A stretch of 64,000 bases of DNA from Candidatus Liptonbacteria bacterium (lineage in GTDB: Bacteria > Patescibacteriota > Minisyncoccia > UBA6257 > 2-01-FULL-56-20): assembly GCA_016867315.1 (NCBI GenBank), contig VGJV01000001.1, positions 194,649 through 258,648 of the forward strand, read 5' to 3'. Every line of letters starts with the position of its first letter. The first letter of the stretch is position 1. The translations under genes were made by a program, and so were the position numbers. The notes beneath the pieces are model-generated. The model was not told the origin of the DNA. It did no database searches and worked only from the letters and a program-made list of their open reading frames with translations. Shown here piece by piece: positions 8,653 through 18,175 of this stretch.

Positions 8653-8964
8653 ATGAACACCGACTTTTTAAAAAAGATTCAAGAAGCGGATCACGCGACG
8701 AAGAAGCAGGTGCTTTTTATTGCATCGGCTGTCGCGATGCTTCTTGTGGTTCTTGTCTGGTTGCTCTATTTTAATAATCTTGTAGCTTCCACGGCGGCAG
8801 AAATCTCTCCGCTTGCCGCAGAGGAGCCGCAAGAAGATCGTTCCTTTTGGGGAACGATGCATCGTGGGACCGCCGTGCTTTACGGGAATATAAAAGGAGG
8901 AGTTGAATGGTTGGGGCAGGCATTGCAGGCTCCTCGCGAATATATAGTGAAGCCTCCTCAGTAG
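8653..8964 (+). CDS. hypothetical single-TM protein
   Basis: Hydrophobic segment VLFIASAVAMLLVVLVWLLYF. Confidence 0.7.
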   Translation: MNTDFLKKIQEADHATKKQVLFIASAVAMLLVVLVWLLYFNNLVASTAAEISPLAAEEPQEDRSFWGTMHRGTAVLYGNIKGGVEWLGQALQAPREYIVKPPQ

Positions 8965-9007
8965 CTACATAGCAAAGAGCGAATAGCATATAGCGAAACC
9001 AAAATTT

Positions 9008-11452
9008 ATGTCGAACGTAGAAAAAAGAGAAATAACTAACGAATTAAGCGAGTCCTATCTCGACTATGCAATGTCGGTGATCGTGGCGCGTGCCCTTCCG
9101 GACGTGAGGGACGGATTGAAGCCTGTGCATCGTCGTGTGCTTTGGACAATGTGGTCCATTGGGCTCACGCATCTCGCGAAATTTAGGAAGTCGGCGAATG
9201 TGGTGGGAGAGACCATGGCCAAATACCATCCGCACGGAGATGTGGCGATTTACGACACCTTGGTGCGTATGGCCCAGGATTTCTCGCTCCGATACCCCTT
9301 GGTCAAAGGCCAAGGAAACTTCGGGTCGGTGGACGGCGATGCGGCCGCCGCTATGAGGTATACCGAATCTCGGCTTTCGAAGATCGCGGAGGAACTCCTG
9401 CTCGATATCGAAAAGGAAACGGTGGATTGGGCGCCGAACTACGATGCGACTCGGGAAGAACCAAAAGTATTTCCCGCCAAACTCCCGAACCTCCTGGTGA
9501 ACGGCACATTGGGAATCGCGGTTGGAATGGCGACGAGTATTCCGCCGCACAACCTGACCGAAGTGCTCGATGCCACGCTTCTGCTTGCCGATAAGCCTTC
9601 GGCGACGACTGAGGAACTTCTGGAGTTCGTCAAAGGCCCGGACTTTCCCACGGGAGGAGTGATGTACGACCGCGCCGCGATTCGCCAAGCCTATTCTACG
9701 GGTCGCGGGTCGGTCACGACGCGGGCCAAAGCGGAAGTCGTGGATCGGAAGAAGTCCGGCGAGAGCGGGCGTGGAGGACAAGATATCGTGATCACCGAAA
9801 TTCCCTATCAAGTGAACAAGTCGGAGTTAGTGAAGCAGATTGCGATACTTGTTACCGATAAAAAGGTAGAGGGCATCCGCGACCTTCGCGATGAATCCGG
9901 CCGGGAGGGGATGCGGATCGTGGTGGAGCTCAAAAACGATGCCGCGCCTCAGAAAGTGCTCAATCAACTTTATCGTCACTCCGATCTTCAGAAAGATTTT
10001 CACTTTAATATGATCGCGCTCCGCGACGGGATTCAGCCCGAACTTTTCTCTTTGAAAGAGATGCTTATGGCGTATCTTGAGCACCGCAAAGAAGTGGTAC
10101 GCCGGAGGACGCAATTTGATTTGAAACGAGCCGAAGAGCGGGCGCACATTTTGGAAGGGCTCGCGACAGCGCTCGACTCCATTGATAAGGTGATCTCGAC
10201 GATCCGGAAATCTAAGGACCGCGAAGATGCGCACGCGAATTTGATGAAACTTTTCAAACTTACGGATGTGCAGGCGACGGCAATTTTGGAAATGAAGCTG
10301 CAAACTTTGGCGGCGCTCGAACGGCAGAAGATCGAAGCCGAACTCAAAGAAAAGCGCGCGCTTATCAAAGAACTGAATCTTATCTTGAAGAGTCCGGCAC
10401 GAATTATGGGGGTGATCAAAGACGAGCTCAAAGACCTCAAAGAAAAGTATGGCGATCGGCGCCGCACGCAGGTGGTGGCCTCAGCCTTGAAGGCTATGAC
10501 CGATGAAGACCTCGTGCCTGAAGAGGATGCGATCGTGACTTTCTCTTCGAGCGGCTATGTGAAGCGCGTACCGCCGGATTCCTTCCGGATGCAGCGGCGT
10601 GGAGGCAAGGGGCTTATCGGGTCGGATGTCGCCGAAGAAGATTTTCTTTCCCATTTCTTCCACGCGAATACGCACGATAAAATTTTATTCTTTACCGATC
10701 GCGGGCGGGTATTCGAGACGCGGGCATATGAAATTCCCGCAGCGAGCCGGACGGCCAAAGGCAAAGCGATTCACAATTTCCTCGAGCTTCCCACGGATGA
10801 GAATATCAGCGCGATTGTGAATCTTCCTGCTAAAAGCTTAAAGCTTAACGCTCAAAGCTATTTATTTATGACCACTAAAGACGGGATGGTCAAGAAAACG
10901 CCTCTCAAAGATTTTGAAAATATTCGGCGCACCGGCATCATCGCCATCTCTTTGAAGAAAGGGGACATGCTCAAATGGGTGCGAGCTTCCACCGGGAACG
11001 ATCAAGTGATTCTGGTGACGGAACAAGGTCAATCCATTCGGTTTGCCGAATCTCAAGTGCGATCTATGGGGCGTGGCGCGGCAGGGGTGCGCGGGATTCG
11101 ATTGCGCAGCGGAGACTCGGTGGCGGGGTGTGACTTGGTGAAGAAGGGAGATACGGCACAACTTTTGGTCGTGATGGCAAACGGTTTTGGGAAACGCACG
11201 CCGCTCAAGGAATATAAAGTGCAGGGCCGCGGCGGATCGGGAATCAAGACGGCAAATGTGACGACCAAGACCGGGAAAGTGGTGGCGTCGCTCGTGATTG
11301 GAGAAGAGACTGAGCTTTTGGCACTTTCTGCTAAGGGGCAAGTGATTCGGACGGATTTAGGAAGTGTGCGTCAGACCGGCCGGTCTGCGCAGGGGGTGCG
11401 CATTATGAATATGAACCAGGGAGATAGGGTGGCGGGATTGGTGGTGATTTAG
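9008..11452 (+). CDS. gyrA: DNA gyrase subunit A
   Basis: [28 protein letters not shown] (catalytic Tyr), GyrA-box QRRGGKG, CTD blades. Confidence 0.98.
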   Translation: MSNVEKREITNELSESYLDYAMSVIVARALPDVRDGLKPVHRRVLWTMWSIGLTHLAKFRKSANVVGETMAKYHPHGDVAIYDTLVRMAQDFSLRYPLVKGQGNFGSVDGDAAAAMRYTESRLSKIAEELLLDIEKETVDWAPNYDATREEPKVFPAKLPNLLVNGTLGIAVGMATSIPPHNLTEVLDATLLLADKPSATTEELLEFVKGPDFPTGGVMYDRAAIRQAYSTGRGSVTTRAKAEVVDRKKSGESGRGGQDIVITEIPYQVNKSELVKQIAILVTDKKVEGIRDLRDESGREGMRIVVELKNDAAPQKVLNQLYRHSDLQKDFHFNMIALRDGIQPELFSLKEMLMAYLEHRKEVVRRRTQFDLKRAEERAHILEGLATALDSIDKVISTIRKSKDREDAHANLMKLFKLTDVQATAILEMKLQTLAALERQKIEAELKEKRALIKELNLILKSPARIMGVIKDELKDLKEKYGDRRRTQVVASALKAMTDEDLVPEEDAIVTFSSSGYVKRVPPDSFRMQRRGGKGLIGSDVAEEDFLSHFFHANTHDKILFFTDRGRVFETRAYEIPAASRTAKGKAIHNFLELPTDENISAIVNLPAKSLKLNAQSYLFMTTKDGMVKKTPLKDFENIRRTGIIAISLKKGDMLKWVRASTGNDQVILVTEQGQSIRFAESQVRSMGRGAAGVRGIRLRSGDSVAGCDLVKKGDTAQLLVVMANGFGKRTPLKEYKVQGRGGSGIKTANVTTKTGKVVASLVIGEETELLALSAKGQVIRTDLGSVRQTGRSAQGVRIMNMNQGDRVAGLVVI

Positions 11453-11613
11453 CCATCTTGGGAATCCGCCCCTTCCTCCCTGCGGATTTACGGTCAGAAG
11501 GGGCGGATTCTCTGTGGGTCACCGAGCAGTAGGGCTATTGCGTTACGAGAATCCCCTCCCATACACTCCGTTACCGTAAGCCTTTTTATTTGGGGAGATG
11601 GTAGAATAAGGTT

Positions 11614-11910
11614 ATGACTTGGAAGAAATGGCCGTATTGGTTGCGAGGAGGGGTGATTGGGGGAGTGATTGCTCTTATTTCCTCAATACTGACGCATATT
11701 TGTGAATTTCAAGGCATAGGTCTTGATTGTGTCCTAGTGGGATTTCCTTGGTTAGTTCTCACCCCAATTTTTTTATGGCAGCTCCCGTTTTTTAACTTTG
11801 CGCTTATTACCTTATACCCTTTAACGATATTAATTGGTATCGGAATTTATTTTTTTCTCGGGTCTTTCGTAGGTAACATCATCGGATATATAAAAAAAAG
11901 AAAGTATTAA
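11614..11910 (+). CDS. small membrane protein
   Basis: WPYWLRGG start, 2-3 hydrophobic helices, AT-rich. Confidence 0.65.
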   Translation: MTWKKWPYWLRGGVIGGVIALISSILTHICEFQGIGLDCVLVGFPWLVLTPIFLWQLPFFNFALITLYPLTILIGIGIYFFLGSFVGNIIGYIKKRKY

Positions 11911-11916
11911 AACTGA

Positions 11917-11946
11917 AAGCCTTGTCTGCGGCGCAGACAAGGCTTC
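11917..11946. terminator. bidirectional hairpin between convergent genes
   Basis: AAGCCTTGTCTGC/GCAGACAAGGCTT. Confidence 0.75.
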
Positions 11947-11966
11947 GTGATTTATTTCTTTTGCGT

Positions 11967-14315
11967 TTAGGGGGTTGTAGCCCGATAAAATCGAGCAGGT
12001 GTGTTGGTTGTTAATGAGTCGGTGAATTGAACCGAGCCATTCATGTTTGCAAGCAGGGCAGTGGTGGTCCAGTCCACGAGATTTGATGAGGATTGTACCG
12101 TGTAGGTGTATCCTTGAGGTCCCCTGAGTTGGAGAATGGGCGTTCCATTTGTGAGTGTGCCTGTAAGGGAAAGCGAGAATGATTCTCGCAGTCCGCGGAA
12201 ACCAATTGCGACATTGGTGATGGTTACGCTTGAGCGGGCGTCCGAGAATGGATCGAGCCGGAAGCCCAACATGCGAATACCGTTTGTGGCGGTCTCGGGA
12301 ATCGGGAAAGAGTGCTTCTGTAATCCCGGAAGTGTTACTCTTTCGTCAAGCAATCCTATCACGTTTGTTCCCCAATAGATCGAAAGCAAACTCTCCGCTC
12401 TCTTTTCGCTTGTAAATGAAGCTTCGAAGGAGAGGAAGTTTATGACATTCGTTATCTCTATGGGTTTTGCAACCCATGCTGGTGAAGCAGTCGTGAGATG
12501 CATTCCTGTGCCGATGAGTTCCTTAATTCCTGTCGAACTTTGGATTAGGGATGTATCATTACCCCATTCAAATGTTGGGTTTGCGAACATGGGCGTCGTT
12601 TCGTTTGGGAGGGGTACGCAGGGGATATCCGACTTCCCTAATAGCATTGGTGATTTGTTGCCAGGAGGATATTGGTTCAATGCCTTTTTCCATCCTCCAG
12701 CTTCCTGACTTAAAGGAAAACCGAATCCCCTTGCGTCAGACCACTCCGGTTCTCTGATAGTGCGCTTGTAGAAGTCCACGGGCCAGTGATGACTACTCAC
12801 TATTGTTCCACATGTAGCACCTGCAATGCCTGCCACGGCAGAGTAGAATATCTGAACTAAATTTATGTTGTCATCTAGTCCAGTAACATCCACGTTGTAC
12901 GCCCCTTCAATGTATCCTTCCGTAGCAGAAAATATTTCACCACTTGTTTCAAGATCGTGAGCAAAATAATAATCTGACCAATCAGCCCGTTTCCCATACG
13001 TAGTCCTCCACTCATTATTAAGACCCATGAATGGGTCTAAAAAAGTGAGGTGAATTTTCACTTCGGATGAGAGGGAGGATTTTATAACATCCGAGGCCGT
13101 CTGTATTAAGGGCGCTCCTGCGCTGTAGGCAATTAAATGGACATTTTCCCACTTATTCATGAGAAGGCAGTCGCCGAGTATCACTCCTTCATCTCTAGAA
13201 TTGCGAATTGCTGTTGTTGGACTTGCTACCCAAGCTTTCTCTATCCACCTATAGGCGCAAACTTGCCAATTGTTAGCACCGCTTTTTCTCAGATAAGAGG
13301 TAATTTCATTGGTTATGGAATCTAGCCATGGGGAATCTGGAGGAGAGAAGGGACTTAGTAGTCGGTTAAGCCATCCATGTGTTACCACAATGAGGCCATC
13401 TTTCCCCGGGAGTTTCTCGGGGCAGTCGCCATACGTGGGTCGGATTGCTTGTGTTTGCTCCACTGTCCGCAGTTCCTCAGCAGAAATGCTGCGAGCGCGA
13501 TTCATCTCGAATACTCGGATGAATTCCGAGGCAGTGGCGAATGTGTCTGAGGGAGCTTGAATTGGATTTGATTTCGATCTGATTTCGGCGACAATGCCGA
13601 ATCTTGAGCGTAGCCAATAGAAGGTTCGTTGGTATTCCGTGGCAACACGCACAAATATTCCGTTGTCCTCGAAATCCATTTGAATTTCTTGTTCAGTGAG
13701 TTCGTTTACACGTAGTGCTTCGCCGGAATTTAATCCGGGTTGGGCAAGCGTGCCAAACGCATCGGCTTTGCTTGTGCGTTTCGAGATGATCCGAAGAGAG
13801 AGTCCAATCGGTTGATTAGGCTCATCTTGATTCAAAATCATTCTCACGTCGTATTGTGTTTCTGATTTCCATGCATCTCCGAATTTGATTGTTTCCGGAA
13901 AATCCACAATGGGGTTTACAAACGGTACGGAGTTGGAGCTCAACTTCGGATTGTAGAACCCGAAGAGCTGGCGACCTATGCCCGGAGTTTGAGCGATATA
14001 AAGCCAGGATTTCGAATTGTCGGCTGGATTTATTCTTCGTTCTGCGAGGGTAGCGCCAGGAATCGGAGTATTGCCGTCACTCACGGCTACGTAATCAAGT
14101 TGTAGGAGATTCGTAGGGCCCGAGGAGAAGTCCCAATGCTGGGGGCCTCCGGCGGTGCCTAATTTTCCCGCTACCGATACCTCGTTCGTGCTTGCATACG
14201 CGCGGGCATATTCTCCGATTTCACGGAATATGTCCTTAGAGGTGATGGTGATTTGCCCGTGTGCGGAAACAATTGTACCGACGATTGCGAGTAGTATCTG
14301 GAGTTTTCTTTTCAT
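11967..14315 (-). CDS. secreted multidomain protein with alpha/beta-hydrolase-like core and C-terminal '...SSNLVDW...FYRA' domain
   Basis: Signal peptide; VVTHGW, HLIAYSAGA, LTFLDP, SHHWP; C-terminal YTVQSSSNLVDWTT...VQFTDS...ARFYRA. Confidence 0.75.
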   Translation of the reverse strand: MKRKLQILLAIVGTIVSAHGQITITSKDIFREIGEYARAYASTNEVSVAGKLGTAGGPQHWDFSSGPTNLLQLDYVAVSDGNTPIPGATLAERRINPADNSKSWLYIAQTPGIGRQLFGFYNPKLSSNSVPFVNPIVDFPETIKFGDAWKSETQYDVRMILNQDEPNQPIGLSLRIISKRTSKADAFGTLAQPGLNSGEALRVNELTEQEIQMDFEDNGIFVRVATEYQRTFYWLRSRFGIVAEIRSKSNPIQAPSDTFATASEFIRVFEMNRARSISAEELRTVEQTQAIRPTYGDCPEKLPGKDGLIVVTHGWLNRLLSPFSPPDSPWLDSITNEITSYLRKSGANNWQVCAYRWIEKAWVASPTTAIRNSRDEGVILGDCLLMNKWENVHLIAYSAGAPLIQTASDVIKSSLSSEVKIHLTFLDPFMGLNNEWRTTYGKRADWSDYYFAHDLETSGEIFSATEGYIEGAYNVDVTGLDDNINLVQIFYSAVAGIAGATCGTIVSSHHWPVDFYKRTIREPEWSDARGFGFPLSQEAGGWKKALNQYPPGNKSPMLLGKSDIPCVPLPNETTPMFANPTFEWGNDTSLIQSSTGIKELIGTGMHLTTASPAWVAKPIEITNVINFLSFEASFTSEKRAESLLSIYWGTNVIGLLDERVTLPGLQKHSFPIPETATNGIRMLGFRLDPFSDARSSVTITNVAIGFRGLRESFSLSLTGTLTNGTPILQLRGPQGYTYTVQSSSNLVDWTTTALLANMNGSVQFTDSLTTNTPARFYRATTP

Positions 14316-14514
14316 AACATTCAGAGCAATCTTTTTGAGTTTTAAATTTGTTGGTTAACCCTATTTGGAGCAGGGTTTATCTCTATAAGCAGAATACAAT
14401 GGAATTAAATTAGGTATCAAAATGTAAGCGGCCCTCCTTTGAGAAGATCTCTAGGGAGGGCCTGCTTATTTTCTGCTTTTGCTGCACTCGATTAAGGGTT
14501 TTCGGTTGGGGAGG

Positions 14515-15315
14515 TTAGTTCGGATACATCACTGATTGCACTGTGACTGTGATGGTGTTGGTTCCAAGGTTGTGGAAGGTAAACGCGTTTCCGATCACAT
14601 CTCTTTCCGCGCGGGCGGGCAGTTTTTCACTGCGCCCATTTGGAAAGAAAACGGCGACTTCGTCTGAATCGGTGGTGAGGACAATTCGACTGCTTCGATC
14701 GTCCACTTCCACTATGTCAGACTGGCCTTGCGGATCGATGGTTATTTCCTTCTTTCCCCTCAGTCCTACGCGGATCACGGTATTCGTGCTGCTGCCACCC
14801 ACGGTCCCTGCTCCTCCGCTTGTTCCTGATGCTGTATTTGTGGAAACTGTCGCCGTTTGACCGTTGATGCTCAACGAAAAGCGATTGTCGTTCACAAATA
14901 CGGTTGCGCCAGGTGTGCCCTGCACGGTGTAACTCACGTTTCCTGGTCCGGGACCTGGGATAACGGTCGGAGCGCTCGTGCTTCCGGGAGGCGGCGGGAT
15001 TGCCGCGGGTGGAGCCATATAGGTTGGTGCTGCTGAAGCTGGCGACGGAGTCGCGAGTTTCATGATAGCTGCCACAACGACGATGGTTCCCAGGATGGCG
15101 ATGAGCACCCATCCCCATGGAGGCATGACAGGAGTCGAGTTCGAAGGCGGCGCAGATGGTGTGTTGGGCATCACTGCTACCACAGCCGCAGGACCTGCGA
15201 CGGTGATTCCAAGCGCTGCAATTTGTACCATTGCATCGGCGTGATTTGCTGCGTTGATAGTGCCGCTCACGGGGGCGCCAGCCGAGTTCGTACCAGTGTA
15301 TGAGAAGGTATGCAT
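14515..15315 (-). CDS. membrane-anchored Pro/Gly/Thr-rich protein with GspF/PilC-like N-terminal motif
   Basis: Start at ATG 15315 (MHTFSYTGTNSAGAPVSGTINA); one TM; own promoter. Confidence 0.65.
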   Translation of the reverse strand: MHTFSYTGTNSAGAPVSGTINAANHADAMVQIAALGITVAGPAAVVAVMPNTPSAPPSNSTPVMPPWGWVLIAILGTIVVVAAIMKLATPSPASAAPTYMAPPAAIPPPPGSTSAPTVIPGPGPGNVSYTVQGTPGATVFVNDNRFSLSINGQTATVSTNTASGTSGGAGTVGGSSTNTVIRVGLRGKKEITIDPQGQSDIVEVDDRSSRIVLTTDSDEVAVFFPNGRSEKLPARAERDVIGNAFTFHNLGTNTITVTVQSVMYPN

Positions 15316-15413
15316 AGCATTCAGAGTTTCGGACGTTTTGTTAACAAACAGTATGTAAAAGTGCTCTTTCCTTGTGAGCACCCGGTTTGGGAGGTTACCC
15401 CAAGGATTGGCAT

Positions 15414-15442
15414 ATATTAGCATACTTCTCCTTTTAAGTCAA
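15414..15442 (-). promoter_or_regulatory. sigma70 promoter
   Basis: TTGACT-17 bp-TAATAT with extended TG. Confidence 0.7.
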
Positions 15443-15580
15443 TATCCCTTCGGCAAGCTCAGGGCAAGCCTAGGAGCATTGAAACGTAAGGGTTCGTGCG
15501 GATTATGTGTATAAAAAGGCAATGGCTTCTTCAGATTTTTCCAAAGAAGCCATTGTTTGAATTCGACTTCGCTACACTCG

Positions 15581-16510
15581 TTACTGGAATTGGATTCGGA
15601 TGATCACCGGTGTGGAGCCTGGGTTGTACCATCGCATACCGGTCGGGAGGTCCCTATCGGTTGAGCGATGGAGTGGGCCATCCTCTTGCGGAGCAGCCCA
15701 ACCCGTGGGAAAGTATTTCTGTACGCCTACGTTTCCATCCGGCTGTGCGTAGAATCCTGTTGCATCAGGTGGAGCCGCAAGCGTCTCCGTCCAATACCCA
15801 GGATGCACCGCCACCGCCGTCCACTTCGTTCCAGGATCCATCCTCCTCGTTAAGCTTCCGGTTGAATCCGGTCGCAGAACGATTGGTTCCACTCGGCCGA
15901 TGTTCTGGAACTTTGCATTGATCTTCCCCGGTCCTCCGAAGCACAGGATTACAGTGAATAGAATGGCGATGACCACCATCCCCGTCACCATTCCTGGTTT
16001 TCGGATTGTATGGAAGAATCCTGCAGCTCCAACCGATAGAATGATGACTGGTGTAAGCAGCCAGCTATTCGTGATCGGCACCAGCGCGAGATAGATCGAA
16101 GCTCCCAGACTTATCGCATAGGCTGTCGCTACCCACATCCACGCCTTAGTCAACAATCTCTTGCCGAGATCGAAGAACGAAAGCGCAGGAAGGAGGAGGG
16201 CATCTCGCAGTCTCACGATGTAGAGCATCAAGCCGAGGAGGCTTGATGCAAAGAACGCGACTGCGAGCCAGGCAATAAGTGTTCGCTGATCGAGGAGGGC
16301 CAGGGAAAAGATGGTGCCGAGATATGCCACCGCAAACCAGATAAACCTTTCGGCGTATCGGTTCGCGAGGAAGTTCGCTCGATCCCATCCTGCTTCTGCG
16401 ATGTCGATTGTGTCTCCGAACCTCATCGCGACTGGAGATCCCGGGTTACAGACTGTCGGGATCAATTCGCGAAGGAGTTGGAACAGGTGATTAATGAATG
16501 TTTGGTTCAT
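15581..16510 (-). CDS. hypothetical multi-TM protein
   Basis: ATGA overlap with the upstream ORF; about 5 TM helices and a soluble C-terminal domain. Confidence 0.7.
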   Translation of the reverse strand: MNQTFINHLFQLLRELIPTVCNPGSPVAMRFGDTIDIAEAGWDRANFLANRYAERFIWFAVAYLGTIFSLALLDQRTLIAWLAVAFFASSLLGLMLYIVRLRDALLLPALSFFDLGKRLLTKAWMWVATAYAISLGASIYLALVPITNSWLLTPVIILSVGAAGFFHTIRKPGMVTGMVVIAILFTVILCFGGPGKINAKFQNIGRVEPIVLRPDSTGSLTRRMDPGTKWTAVAVHPGYWTETLAAPPDATGFYAQPDGNVGVQKYFPTGWAAPQEDGPLHRSTDRDLPTGMRWYNPGSTPVIIRIQFQ

Positions 16511-17136
16511 CGTCGCACCGCTCCTTCCTGGGCCCAGAGGTGAGCTTTGAGGTTTTGCATCCCCGGATGCGCTCGTGTGCAAACGGCATCGACCCCGGGT
16601 TTCGCCCAGCTTCCCGCTTGTTGCGCTTTCGCTGCAACAAACGCGGCGCCCTGAGTAAACATGTCGTTGTGATGTGTCATGAGTTCCGCGAGGAACTCTT
16701 TGCCGGTGGGATCTGCGCGAAGAATGCGTTCAAGGCGGAGGAGTTTGTCTTTCCCTCCTTGTCCTGACCCATCTTTGCCTCCGGCAGTGACTCGTTTCAA
16801 GAGCTTTTCGATGGTATTCGCCATGTAGGGTTTCCCATCGATTGTGACGATGCCGTGTTTGGCATCTCGAAGCAGCTTGAGGATGTGACAGGTTTTATCT
16901 GTGAACCGATTGGCGACCCAGCCCAGATCATCCATTAAGGCTTCCGGTTCTTCCGGTTGCAGCCTTCTATGGAGTTCATGGCTCAAGCCGACGCCTAGCT
17001 TTTTCAGCTTTGAAGCGCCGGTGAGGTCGATTCGTTCTCCTGTCTCATGTGCGAGTACTCCCACTGCGAATTCCACTACGCTTTCTCCTGCTCCTTTAAG
17101 CAGCCCTTTTAGGCCACTCCAGATTTGATGCATCAT
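16507..17136 (-). CDS. hypothetical protein
   Basis: Middle gene of a tightly coupled 3-gene operon. Confidence 0.65.
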   Translation of the reverse strand: MMHQIWSGLKGLLKGAGESVVEFAVGVLAHETGERIDLTGASKLKKLGVGLSHELHRRLQPEEPEALMDDLGWVANRFTDKTCHILKLLRDAKHGIVTIDGKPYMANTIEKLLKRVTAGGKDGSGQGGKDKLLRLERILRADPTGKEFLAELMTHHNDMFTQGAAFVAAKAQQAGSWAKPGVDAVCTRAHPGMQNLKAHLWAQEGAVRR

Positions 17137-17161
17137 AATTTTATTTTCAGATTGTTGAGGT

Positions 17162-17935
17162 TTAGATTGCGGCCGGGAGTATAGTGTGTTTTTGCAACTG
17201 TTTACCCGACCCCACTTGCACTTCGACATACCTTTCCTTTTCAGTGTTTGGAATCGTCACTTTAAGGGTTTTGGTGCCGTCGACGCCCGTGGTGAAGCTG
17301 CTGATTTTACCGCCATTAATGAATTTCCCGCGCCATCCAGGAAGAGGATTTCCGTGTTCATCGTCATATACGTAGACGATAATCTCGTAATTTCCTTCCG
17401 TTCCTACGATGTCCCACTCCACTTTCCCTGCGGATTTATGCGGAGTGTGATGGGCGGCGGCAATTTTCTTTTCGGCTTCAGCGATGTCTGCTTTGGATCG
17501 TGCGGCTTTTGCGAGGTGATCTTGTTTAACTGCTTCGACCTCCTCAGGACTTGCCGTCGTTCCCAACTTCGCTGCTGCGTGATCCGCTTTGGCTTTTTGC
17601 AACTTCGCCTCGGCGACCCGCGCTTCTTTTTCTTCTAGAAGCTCGGGTTTAGGAGGAGCAGGCGTGACGATTTTTCGACCCCACGTCATTCCTCCTACAC
17701 TCACACGGATGGGATACGCGGACCCAGCGTTCATAGAGGGACTGTCCCACGTCACTTTCACATTCCCGTTGGTGGGGATGCTTTGTGGGGCGCCTGTGTT
17801 GAACGAGATATCCACATGATTCGGAAGTTGCCCTCCTGGCCAACCTGTACCTAAGAGCTCGATTACTACTTGTGCGATGTAGTTACCGGTCGCGAGTTTT
17901 TGGGGAGTGCGAATCTCCACATTTAATCTAGGCAT
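17162..17935 (-). CDS. hypothetical protein (beta-rich domains around an Ala/Lys coiled coil)
   Basis: AAAGGA SD; EEKEARVAEAKLQKAKADH coiled coil. Confidence 0.7.
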   Translation of the reverse strand: MPRLNVEIRTPQKLATGNYIAQVVIELLGTGWPGGQLPNHVDISFNTGAPQSIPTNGNVKVTWDSPSMNAGSAYPIRVSVGGMTWGRKIVTPAPPKPELLEEKEARVAEAKLQKAKADHAAAKLGTTASPEEVEAVKQDHLAKAARSKADIAEAEKKIAAAHHTPHKSAGKVEWDIVGTEGNYEIIVYVYDDEHGNPLPGWRGKFINGGKISSFTTGVDGTKTLKVTIPNTEKERYVEVQVGSGKQLQKHTILPAAI

Positions 17936-18121
17936 ACTGCCATCCTTTCTTTTCTATCTAATCTAAGTTGATATTGACTTTTCAATGAAACGAAACGATG
18001 GCAGTCCCACAATGAGTGCGGGATAGGCTCACTTCACAAACAGGTGAAGCGACCCTAGAACCCGCTCAAAGAGCAAGCTGCCACGTGGTTACATCTTACC
18101 ATAGATCTTCTTCAAAGTCAA
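17936..18121 (-). promoter_or_regulatory. sigma70 promoter plus structured 150-nt leader
   Basis: TTGACT-17-TAAGAT (18121-18093); nested stems; 9-nt complement to the SD-start spacer. Confidence 0.6.
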
Positions 18122-18175
18122 GATGTGTACAGTAAGCATAATTACTAATTATTAATTACCAATTACAATGACTGC

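Noticed and set aside
11459-11560. Hairpin complex after gyrA as a seventh member of the branched repeat family
   Set aside because: It shares a GAGAATCCCC tail but lacks the TC-stem-YGYC hairpin; treated as a probable terminator or degenerate element.
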